NCBI GenBank assembly: GCA_002633005.1
Contig: NMRA01000106.1
Location: 229,655 to 293,654, forward strand
Reading direction: 5' to 3'
DNA length: 64,000 nt
From: Phoronis australis
Taxonomy: Eukaryota; Animalia; Phoronida
The stretch's first letter is position 1, and every line of letters starts with the position of its first letter. Below the pieces are notes generated by a model, which ran no database searches, was not told the origin of the DNA, and worked only from the letters and a program-made list of their open reading frames with translations. Position numbers and translations under genes: made by a program. Shown in pieces: positions 50,701 to 61,520 of the stretch.

Positions 50701-53700
50701 GACAATTAGCTTAATTTTGTCAAACTTTTGGATACAACCCGGAAAAAATAACTGTTAGAAATTTTGTTGTTTTATTCTCTCCAACATCTACCCATTTTAC
50801 TAATTTAAGATAACAAATACCGTTGACTTTCACAAAATCAATTAACTGTGAAACTCGCACATGTCGGACAAACATAAGTGGTCCTTAGGATTAACTCAGA
50901 CAAACATAAGTTGTCCTCAGGGTTAACTCAGACAAATATAAGTGGTCCTTTGGGTTAACTCAGATAAACATAAGTGGTCCTTTGGGTTAACTCAGATATA
51001 CATAAGTGGTCCTTTGGATTAACTCAGACATACATAAGTGGTCCTTTGGGTTAACTCAGATAAACATAAGTGGTCCTTTGGGTTAACTCAGACATACATA
51101 AGTGGTCCTCAGGGTTAACTCAGATAAACATAAGTGGTCCTCAGGGTTAACTCAGACATACATAAGTGGTCCTTTGGGTTAACTCAGATAAACATAAGTG
51201 GTCCTCAGGGTTAACTCAGACGAACATAAGTGGTCCTTTGGGTTAACTCAGATAAACGTAAGTGGTCCTTTGGGTTAACTAAGACAAACATAAGTTGTTC
51301 TTTGGGTTAACTCAGATAAAATTCACAGTGAGGTTGTATCAGTCCATACACTTGGCCTTTCAGACATTATTACCAGTTGTCTTAATCAGGTAAAATCTCC
51401 TGGTCCACTTGGAACTGATTACATTATTCTATGGTATTATCTGTTTGGATTCAACCTTATAATTTATGAAATAATACCATCTTGGCTATATATTGCCTTG
51501 TTGGATACGATTATAAAATATAACTAAAGGTATAATACAAACATCAACAAGTAATACCTTGCTTTACTGCGGCGTGTAATGGACCTTGTTCAGTATAGTC
51601 ACATGTGTTGGGGTCACAACCCTTCTCTAGTAGAAGCTTGACTACTGTCAGACAACTTTTCTGCACAGCAGCTTCAAAAGAGAAGATAAACAATAAACTT
51701 ACCAAGAATAATTGCCCAAAACAGTAATTCTTAGCATGATTAAATCTGTTTGGAATTAAAACAAAGATTCTGATGCCATCTGCAGAGACTTAATTAATAA
51801 GATCAGCACAAAAATGAATGTTTAAACTAATGGAAATTAAAAATGACATGTGTGTCAAGACCAAATTAAATGAGACAATGTAGAAGAAAAGACTTTAAAT
51901 GCAGTAGATATTATTTATTAAAAACACTAGCATTTGAGCCTAACAAGAGCAGCCCTTCATAAGATATGAAGACAAATGGTGAGAAGTGCCTTCTTAGTTC
52001 TTTTGAACAGGTTGGTTTAAGAAAACAATTCATGGAATTTGTCTACACACCTATTAAATTTACCGGATTTTGAAATGTTGCATCTGTTCCGCTCAGTGTC
52101 TGAAGTCCAGGGTCTGTAAGTTGGGGTAGGTTTTTACGGACTGCCACTTAACAAGTGTGCAGCAGTTTGTTAACGTTAACATCTTTGCATTTGATTTACT
52201 GCTGTGATAAGTCCTCTGGCTGTCTGTCAGTGGAATGTGAATGAGTATTCGGTTATTTAAACTGTTGTATCTTTCTCATATAATTTTGATTTTTAATTTC
52301 GAATTACCTTATGTCGACCACAACAGCATGTTTTTGGTCAAAATCTATTTATTTATTCATTTTTACTTATTGTTATATTTAAAATGAGGGTGACCTCTTC
52401 AGAGGTAGCAATGCTTTCCAAGAGGGCCCCAAAATCAATTCACATTTGCCAAAGATACGCCTATACATGCATATTAAAACAAGGTACACATTCCGATGGA
52501 ATTGCATCAATGCGTGTGAAGTTAATGTTATTACATTTCGTTCAATTGCAGAAGGCTTTAGAGTGATTTTTTAAATTGTCATGACAAGACTTTGCTGCTT
52601 TCCAGAAAATCTTACACATTACTGAGCATGCACAAATTCGACTTCCCATATAAAGAAGTAAAGGAATCCTTCAATATTTGCATTTCTTGTTATGAAGCCC
52701 GATAGTGGAATAAATAAAATTGTAACAAAAAACGTATCACTGCCAAGAAACAAAGCTAGCGTTACAGATGCGCTAGACACTCTCTGCACACTTTAGAATG
52801 GTTCCACTGCAGAACACCACTGTGTGTGACCTGGCACACAGAAGTTTTCATGATGGGTCTTAGAGTTATATAAACAACCTACACTAGTGGACTGAGCTCA
52901 GACCCTGAGCGAAATGTCAGCTTCTACATAAACTACAAGAGCAACGCGGAGCGTTGAAATGTGCCCATGAATGCATCGCAAATGGTGTGGTTGTAGGGTT
53001 ATTTATTTGTATCATAAAAATGGCCACTAGATGGCGCAAAAACATACAATCCATCCAAAAACAGGAACATGCCATATTTCATAAAAATCTGTCAAGGAAC
53101 TTCAGAGAAACAAAGGAAAACAGAATAAAATGATATTGCCACTAGAGTGGGCTCATTGTCCGTTGGATCTGCCTGAAAGTCGTTGTCTGTTGTTATCTTC
53201 ATATAAATACACTTACTAAATTTAGTAAAGATCCTGCAGTGGGTTTAGGACATACAACTATGGGCGCAAAACAAAACTACCACTAGGAGGCACCACAGAA
53301 GTCAGACACCATCATCAAAGGTCATCTTCACACTGAGAACATATGTGCCAGTTTTCAAATGATTTGGTTGATACTCAAAAAGAGTAAAAATGGCCACAAG
53401 GTGGCGCAAACTACGTCGAATCCATCCAAAAATAGCGTCATCTCACTAACAGGTGCCTAAGTACTAAATTTCATGAAAATCTGTTCAGAACTTTTGAAGA
53501 TACAAAGGTAAGCGTAAAAAACTAAAATTGCCACTAAGGGGCACACTGATATTCGGATCCGTCTGAAAAATCGCTCATGCCCTCCCATTCATGAATGGAA
53601 CATATGTGCCAAATTTCATGAACGTATGTCAAAGGGTTTTGGAGACGCCGGACGGACGCCGCCCGGATGGACGGATGGACGGAGATGACGGCATAATGCG

Positions 53701-55767
53701 TCCACATATAAATATGTGGGCGCACAATAAAGTTGATTCGCCAGAAAACAACCACTAAATTTGAAACAGTTTGCAAGGAATTAATTTCGAATTACTCACT
53801 TAATCATAACAAAAGTACTACCACCATCCGCTTAACAACAGTAATTAGACACTACGCTGTAATAAAATATGACAGATGTTACCAAGTAAAGGTGAGACTT
53901 TCTTTGAAGACAAAATGTCACATCTTGCACCTTCCTTGATCAGAAGAGTAGCTATGTCTGCCTGGCCATTATCAATGGCAGCATAGAGAGCAGTGCACTT
54001 ATATCTGTCCTGGGAATCCAGATCACACCCTGAAAATAAGAGCAATTTTTAGAATTCAGTGGAACAACAAATTACTGTTTGAATGGCCTCACTGATATGA
54101 CTACAATTACTAAAACATGCAATCGACAGTAACCAAAGAGAAGACATTGTAAATGACTTTAATAACCGGATGATTTCAAGCCAATTCAATAACTGATGTG
54201 TACAAGTTAAATCAAAGAACACAGGAGCATTCAACAAGCCACCAGATGAGTGCAGTTCATTGCCTACAAACACCACTATCATGAGGAAATCTTGTGAAAT
54301 GCTGAGTTCAGAGGTACACACTATCACTTGATCAAAATTTGAAATACCAACCTCCTTTTACAAGCACCCTCACCACTTGGTCAAATCCATTTTCTGCAGC
54401 AACAATAAGAGGAGTTTTACGGTTTTCATCTTTTTTGTCAAGATCACATACTCCATCGGTAACCAGAGCTTCTACAAACTTTACATGGCCAAGCTTGGAT
54501 GCCAGAAACAGAGGTGTTTCTCCCTGGTTGTTGCCTCTATTGCAGTTACATTTTGCAGAGCAGAGAAGCTTTGCAACAGAGGGACAATCACTAAGGGCAC
54601 AAGAATGAAGAGGAGTATTGCCATCATTATTGGACGAGTCAACGTCAGCACCATGTTCAATCAAAACTTCAGCAACTTTCATGAATGCACTAAGACAAGC
54701 GAAATTGAGCAGTGAGTTGCCATTATGTGTCGAGCGCTCAACAATTGAGCCTCGAGCGAGGAGGATGCCACAGATCTCATCGAGTCCATTGAGTACAGCA
54801 ATTTCCAGAGCTGTTTGATTACGATATTCAGTGTTCAGATCCAACCCAGAAGAAAGCAGTTTCATAACTTCTTCTTTTCTATTGTTAACAACATGGTCAT
54901 GGAGTTGTCTGATTTCTTGACGAGTCTTTCTACGGTCAGTTTCCTGAACTCGGCTGGACTTTTCTGAAATATCAATTGGTCACCACGGTAAAGCTGCAAC
55001 AGTGGTTCAATCAAAGATGTTCTCTTCGTTGGACATTACATTTTGTGACAGGTTAACAAGTATGGAAGAATACCTTGCAGGCACAATTGACAAAGTACCA
55101 AATACAAGTAGTCATGTACCAATACATGTCAACACTCTTGACATGTATATATGGCTGCATGACTGGTGATTATTAGGTGATGTAAATCATTTAGTCAAAG
55201 ATGTAGTATCTAATGAAGTACGATTCATCATTACGGCAATACTTACTTAGTGACCAGTTCCACTGAGTAACTGGTTATATTCAGTGATTACCTAGTTTTA
55301 AAAATCTTTCACTCAGTGAATAGAACATGTTATTCAGTGATCTCCTGGTTTCAAAATCAGGGACCACACGTGACTATTATGGCCATTTATGGGTACCTCA
55401 TGTCCGCATGCGTGTAGTCTCTTCTATGTCCAACACGCATGCACTCTACAGAACACACCAAAAGCTATCAGACAAAATGCTGTTTCTGTGGTCATAATGT
55501 GTTAGATTTATTCTTGCTGCTTTTAAAGTGAATCAAGATTGCACTCACTGGAAATCTGGAATGGTCAGTCGTCAAGATGGGGAATTCTTGGTAATTTTTC
55601 CCGATTATTTAGGGCGTGTACTGTACTCAGGGCTTGGAATGAGTAAACAAGAACAGCAATCATGTCTGACACAACTACATAAATAAACGACACCAAAGAC
55701 TAAATGCAATTATCATGTTACAAAGTGTTTCGATAATAATACCTCCTGACTCAGATGACATTTTCAT
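41790..55767 (-). CDS. Ankyrin repeat and SOCS box protein (ASB-like), 10 coding exons, about 717 aa
   Basis: Exons in transcription order: 55767-55743 (MKMSSESG), 54963-54352, 54029-53883, 51671-51558, 50526-50398, 48149-48024, 45238-45162, 44367-44241, 43875-43664, 42374-41790. All GT-AG and in phase, 2154 nt in total. Many GxTPLH.A...G....V..L...G.D.N ankyrin repeats and a C-terminal SOCS box PQSLQILCRGILRQQLG...VQKMNIPGDIKSLILF. The first exon is the least certain. Confidence 0.88.
42660..43526 (-). mobile_element. HINE-like element, copy C (old and diverged; last ASB intron)
   Basis: Reverse-complement 5' end GCCCACATATAAATATGTGCGCATAAAA at about 43499-43526 and decayed core subunits (CACTAGGGGGCAC, GAAGATACA, CCAAATTTCAT). 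The left boundary is approximate. Confidence 0.6.
46182..47868. mobile_element. Kolobok-like non-autonomous DNA transposon, about 1.7 kb, TTAA TSD
   Basis: TTAA|AGTCCTTCT ... AGAAGGACT|TTAA: short TIR with AG..CT termini and a TTAA duplication. The interior is CpG-richer than the flanking intron and has no transposase ORF. Confidence 0.65.
48490..50066 (-). mobile_element. HINE-like element, copy D (about 3 core units; ASB intron)
   Basis: Reverse-complement 5' end ATGCGTCCACATATAAATATGTGGGCGCATAAAA ending at about 50066, plus repeated GCCACTAGG(A/T/G)GG(C/T)(G/A)C core sites. The 3' boundary is approximate. Confidence 0.8.
50866..51320. repeat. 32-bp minisatellite, about 14 copies (ASB intron)
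   Basis: Unit CAGAYAAACATAAGTGGTCCTYWGGGTTAACT repeated head to tail. Confidence 0.95.
52937..53731 (-). mobile_element. HINE-like element, copy E (about 1 core unit, both ends intact; ASB intron)
   Basis: AAGAGCAACGCGGAGCGTTGAAATGTGCCCAT (reverse complement of the 3' end) at 52937. GGACGG repeats and ATGCGTCCACATATAAATATGTGGGCGCA (reverse complement of the 5' end) at about 53696-53724. Confidence 0.85.
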
Positions 55768-57573
55768 GGCTGTGGCGTGGAAATGGTATGGGATATGAAA
55801 TTATCCCTGGACGCAACATGTCCTCTAGCCAGCCGGCGGGCACCGCAGCATGTTTAGTCTGCTAAAAACGAAAATGAAATACCAGGCCCATAGACATCAC
55901 ATTATGATCAGGCCTTTTGTTGCTATAGAGCTGGTCGGCTTGATAAAATTTCTTCCGTGATAAGGTTTTATTTTCAAACATCAGCGACTCAATTTGCCCT
56001 GAATCCGGTTCAGAAAGCCCGCGGGAGGTGGTTATTAGTACTAGACGGATATCATCACTTGTCCAGTGGCAAAGTACAAAGCGGAAGATAAAGCTCAGTT
56101 CCTGCATGGGCGCGGGGTCTAATCTTTTTACTGGGAATTGGTCTCCAATTTTCTACAATTTATTCTCGCTCGATCGTCATGACGACATGTGTCGCCTCAC
56201 AGGTGCCCGCCAGCCATAGGCCTGGCATAGACAACTGCCCGAGTGTTGCACTTAATGTTCTCAAGCTTAAAGCTTGAGTCTGAACCGTCTTCCCAAGACA
56301 GCAGGCGGCCGACGTTACCATGGAGATAAACTGACGGAATACCTTGCCTTAATGACAATGATTCCACTTGTATGCTGCGGCTCGTTAAGACCCTCATAAT
56401 TCTTACTCAGCCGCTGAGATTTTTTTGTAAGAATGAGGGCAATTTGTGGCCCTTTTAATTCCGGTTCTAACCTACAGTCCCAATTAACCCCTGTTATCCT
56501 GCAGTTACGGCGTTTTTACCGACTAGTGATAAACGAGCATTTAGAAAGAGGCCATGGATTTTAATTGTCTCGCACTTGCCATGAGATCCCATTACATAAC
56601 TTGTAATCGCCCTGTAAGAAACTGCCCACCCACAGTCGCTCAGTGATTTACGCCTCATTTTAGTTAGGCCTACTCATGTTCCGGGGCCTGAAGGGGGGGG
56701 GGGCGCTGGGCGATCGAGGTGGCGGTCTATTTCGACAGAACAAGGCGGAACAGCGTTGCCGGAGCTGCGAAACCTGGCTCATGAACTGACCACTCCATGA
56801 GCTCAGCTCGTGAAACATGGGGTCTCGGGCTCTTTTGTTGAACACAATCTACACGCCTGTTTCCCATCAACGTACGTTTGTATGACTATTCAAAACAAGA
56901 CTGCTGGCGACTGATTGGTAGTGTTTTAAGGAAGGCCTCAAAGGAAACGAAATACAACCGAGCCGCTAGATCTTTCATGGTTCCTTACTGAAAAACCAAC
57001 GTACGAGGAAATGATTTTGTTAGCGCTCATATTCCACTCCAACAAAAATGACTTAGTAGTATCATAGCAGCTAGGAGTCGCCTACTCAGGCCCCACCGTG
57101 ACCGTGACACCGGGAAATTCTTCTGATTTCGATTCCAGACAGAATCTGCTCCAAACTGGTCCATTTTCAAACATTCGCATCGACCCGCAGTTATGTTCCG
57201 GAGTCACAACAGTAGCATTGGCTGCCATTAGTAAGCGAGCCTTATCCCATCGATCATTCGGCATCAGAGTTGCAATTAGAAAAGGGGAGAGACAAGTGCC
57301 CCTAGCCGGCAATTTGCAAGGAAGTTTGAGGGCGAAACTTTGCTGACGATCGTCATACGACTGATCGGTAGGCCTAGGTGGGGGACAGTTGTCTTCAAAA
57401 TTCGGCAACAGCGAAATATGCTGAGGAAACGTGAATCAAAAATACCTTTGGTAATCGGTCCCCGGCACGTCCAATAACAGTTTTAGTTTACTGTGGCAGT
57501 TTGCTTGTTCCTAATGATTACTTTGTGGTCAAAATTTTATTAAAAGGAGTGACTTATCAAGTTTTGTCTGGAG

Positions 57574-58697
57574 TACGGTGGCCCAAAGTATTATCGCTAT
57601 TTTAGTTTATTAATTTTTCTATTATTCCTTTTCCACCTAGGATGAAATATTTCAACCTAGGTGGAAATTATTTTCACCCGGGTGGAAATTATTTTCACGC
57701 GGGTGGAAATTATTTCAACCTAGGTGGAAATTATTTTCACCCGGGTGGAAATTATTTTCACCCGGGTGGAAATTATTTCAAACTAGGTGGAAATTATTTT
57801 CACCCGGGTGGAAAATATTTCAACCTAGGTGGAAATTATTTTCACCCGGGTGGAAATTATTTTCACCCGGGTGGAAATTATTTCAACCTAGGTGGAAATT
57901 ATTTTCACCCGGGTGGAAATTATTTTCACCTGGGTGAAAATGTTATACATCCGGGCACCTATTTTCATCTGTGTTGTGATTGGATGAAGTCTTGTAGGTG
58001 AAGGTCGATTGGGCCAGCCATTTTGTTCAACAAAGTTCAGATTAGGTTGCAATGTTGGCGCCTTATCTGCCTCTTGGATTTGCCGCGGACTTTAACAGAG
58101 ACAGTGTGATTACGTATTACTCCTAGTTCCAAAACAACTCTCTGAATAAAGTTGCCGGATTTCAGCAACGAACCCAAGCCATTAACAAATATAGTGTATG
58201 GTGTAGAACGTTGATAAATTTCCGATAAATAAATGACATATTATTGTTGTTGTCCAAAAGCCTCACCCTTCCCGCGCTGACAGGTTTCAAAGACTTAAAG
58301 TTACACAACTAGCAACAAAAGGCACAGATAGTATTATAAATATCCCACAAATGGTAAAAGACGTATGGTGAATCACATCTTATGGATTCACAAGAGGATA
58401 CAAATTTTGGTAAACAACTAGCATGATTAATGAATTTCCACCTAGGTTGAAATAATTTCCACCCGGGTGAAAACAGTTTCCACCCGGGTGAAAATAATTT
58501 CCACCTAGGTTGAAATATTTTCCACCCGGGTGAAAATAATTTCCACCTAGGTTGAAATAATTTCCACCCGGGTGAAAATAATTTCCAACCAGGTGAAAAT
58601 AGTTTCCACCTAGGTTGAATTATTTCCACCTAGGTGGAAAATGGAAAATGAAAAAATATTTAAACAAAAGTAGCGATGATACTTTCGGGCCACCGTA
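57574..58697. mobile_element. IS3EU-like non-autonomous foldback element with a 6-bp TSD and 21-bp subterminal tandem arrays
   Basis: CTGGAG|TACGGTGGCCC...GGGCCACCGTA|CTGGAG. TAY..RTA termini with a 6-bp TSD fit the IS3EU superfamily description. Inverted arrays of TTTCACCCGGGTGGAAATTAT / TTCAACCTAGGTGGAAATTAT lie at about 57630-57940 and 58433-58640. Confidence 0.85.
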
Positions 58698-58806
58698 CTG
58701 GAGCGCTAAGAATGTTTTTCGCACTGAAGACAACTGCAAATCCTGGGCAACAAGACAATATAAACTGTGACACTCCACGTGAGATTTACATGCTACTCGA
58801 CAAGCC

Positions 58807-61520
58807 ATGAAACGAGTGCTAGCAAGTCTCGTCTTCAAAGTGTGGCTCGCTTACGCCTTTCGCGGAAGATGTCCCCTGAACGTTGACGATGGGGACGGTG
58901 TGTTGTCTCGCGACGACCTGCCAGCGGTGGCAAGGATATCACAAGAAACCTTTGTGTTGAACAATTGTGGTATCAAGCATATCTTACCAAACACGTTTGC
59001 GTCATCGTCTAACGTCACCAACTTAGCACTAGAAAACAACAAACTGACTAGTATCGCTGATCACCTTTTCATTGCCATGGGTGAGTTGACCGGGCTTGAT
59101 CTTGACCATAACAGAATCACTAGACTAACAAAGGCAACATTTGCTGGCTTGTTCAAGCTAAAGTATTTAAGTATCGGTGGAAACGAGATACGCGATTTAC
59201 CAAGCGGTGCCTTCGCGTCAACACCAAAGTTGATTGACCTGTACCTGGATAAAAACAAAATCACTGCTCTCAACGAAGAGACTTTCGCGAGTAGATTGAA
59301 CAACTTGACAACCCTCGACCTCTCAGGAAACAGCATATCAAGATTGGCGGAACATTTCGACAAATACCAGCATTGAAGTCATTGCAAATGGAGAATAATA
59401 AAATCTCTAAAATTGACGAAGGTGTTTTTGATGATCTGGGACAATTGACTGGTTTAAATGTTCGTGGCAACAAACTGCGCACAGTCAAAACATGGACAAT
59501 CCCAGAATCCATACGTGTTTTGGATGTTAGTGTGAATGACCTACATGAGATCCCAGGATCGCAGCTTTTTTACGAATCATTGATTTATCTTGAGCTGACT
59601 TCAAATAACATTTCCAGTATACCCAATGGAACCTTTTGCCGAATGCCAGGGTTAACAAAACTTCTCATTTCTGACAATTTTCTTCAAAGTTTGACCAAAG
59701 GTATGTTTCAGTGTAGTGATAAGTTGGTATTGGCATCTATTGAAGACAACCAAATAGAAATTATCGAGGACGCCACATTTCAGTTGGCATCTCGCCTCCG
59801 TGGCCTCTTTCTTCTGAACAACGCTTTAACAATTATCACAAGTGGAACTTTTTACGGCTTATTTGGACTTCAAGTGTTGCAGTTGGATGGCAATAAAATT
59901 ACCATAATAGAGGAATTTGCCTTTGCAAATTTGGGTCTTTTGAGGAGACTTCACCTACGTGGTAACAACATTGTACAGATCAAGCCTAACACACTGCATG
60001 GATCACAGAGTTTGGAAATCCTTGACATCGATGCTAATCCAATCACTTACGTTTCAGAAACATGGTCTCCTTACGCTTGGCGGCTTAATGTTGATCTAAG
60101 GGGTGTTGATAATATTCAACACACAATCTCGTTAGAGAACGTAACCTGGTTGGGGCTGAAAATTAAGTGTGAAAGCGGCATTATATCGGCAACAATTCCA
60201 ATAAACCTTGCCAAGCTACAAAAACTCGAGTTAAGAAACAGCGGCATTACACACCTAGACGACCAGCCATTCAAATTTTGCGGTAAACTTGAGTCGTTAG
60301 ATCTCTCCGGAAATAATCTGACGCGACTGTCGGGAAAAATGTTTGCTGGACTGTTGTCATTGCGTATTCTTGTGTTGAAAAACAACAGGATTGCAAAGAT
60401 TGAGCGTGGGACTTTCGAACCATTAAATTTGCTCACGACCATCAACCTTGATAACAATTTGATAAAGGAGATAATTCCAGGCGTTTTTAACGGAAGTTCC
60501 CTTAGTTACATTATGCTGAATTTTAACAGGATATCCAAAATAGAAGATGGCAGCTTTGACAATATGTTTAACGCCGTGGAACTAAGTATCGACCACAACA
60601 ACATACAGTGGTGTGCCAAGATGATGTTTTCTGGGTTAGCATTTCTAGTAAGCCTTACCATAAGCGATTCAAAAATCGAAGAGTTACACCAAGGGACTTT
60701 TGAGAACCTCATGTTTCTTAGGTATCTCGATTTATCCAGCAATCATATTCGAGAGATCAAAGCAGACGTTTTCTTACCAATTACTGAACTACACACGCTG
60801 ACTCTTGGTCACAATCGCATTGAAGTTATTGAGCCGTTGGCCATTGCTGGAATGTCAAGTTTGAGAATACTGGAAATTAATGACAACCGACTAACTACTC
60901 TGCCACAGCCCATTATAGAGGGCCTAGTAACCAATAGATTTGTAAATTTCCGCGTTGCCAAAAATCCTCTTCATTGTAATTGCCGTCTCGTCAACCTGCA
61001 GCAATGGGTGAAGCTGAGTGCCATGTATCACCTAGGAAAAAGTCTTCACAGCTATGACATTCCACAATGTTCTTCCCCTGTAGCAAGCAATCCGACTCTG
61101 CAATCTTTTCTGGACGTCAACATGACGTGCCAACACCCCTCCAAACCTGAAATAGATGTCCTCGTCACCAAAACAGACGTAACTATCCAATGCGTTTCAA
61201 TTGGCGACCCTTCGCCTGTAATTTTGCTCGACAATCCATTGGAAAAGTTGACAAGTTTTTTCCCTTCAACTAACGCATCCGACCTCAGAACTGTTGCTTC
61301 ACTCACTTTTCCCGTTGATCAGTTTATAAACGGAGTGTACAACTGTTCAGCATATAACCTGGTTGGCGTGAAGTCGCACTACAGCAATATATCATTTTTG
61401 TTCAATTCATCCGTTGTCGGAATGAGCTCTTCAAGTGATGGTCACGGCACCTATAGTTCACTTTGCGTACTGCTAGTGTTGGTGATTCGATCTTTTACCA
61501 TGAAAATAGCGGTCTCATAA
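58807..61520 (+). pseudogene. Intronless LRR + LRRCT + Ig cell-surface protein (about 900 aa if repaired), split by one frameshift at about 59348 (pseudogene, null allele or assembly error)
   Basis: ORF 58807-59376 has a signal-peptide-like N-terminus and 24-aa LRRs. The LRR consensus continues in the -1 frame (GTFRQIPALKSLQMENNKI) into ORF 59373-61520. That ORF has more LRRs, an LRRCT (NPLHCNCRL...W...PQCSSP), an Ig domain (VTIQCVSIGDPSP...GVYNCSAYNLVG) and a Ser-rich plus hydrophobic C-terminal tail (GPI-signal-like). Confidence 0.8.

Noticed and set aside
50866-51320. 32-bp repeat of CRISPR-repeat-like length
   Set aside because: Head-to-tail units with no unique spacers, in a eukaryotic intron, with no cas genes.
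57642-58629. ORFs encoding (GGNYFHP/GGNYFNL)n and (WKLFSPG)n repeats
   Set aside because: They are translations of the 21-bp subterminal arrays of the IS3EU-like element, not genes.
59335-59380. Programmed -1 ribosomal frameshift or micro-intron joining the two LRR ORFs
   Set aside because: There is no X XXY YYZ slippery heptamer and no GT-AG pair, and the LRR register shows bases are missing rather than extra.
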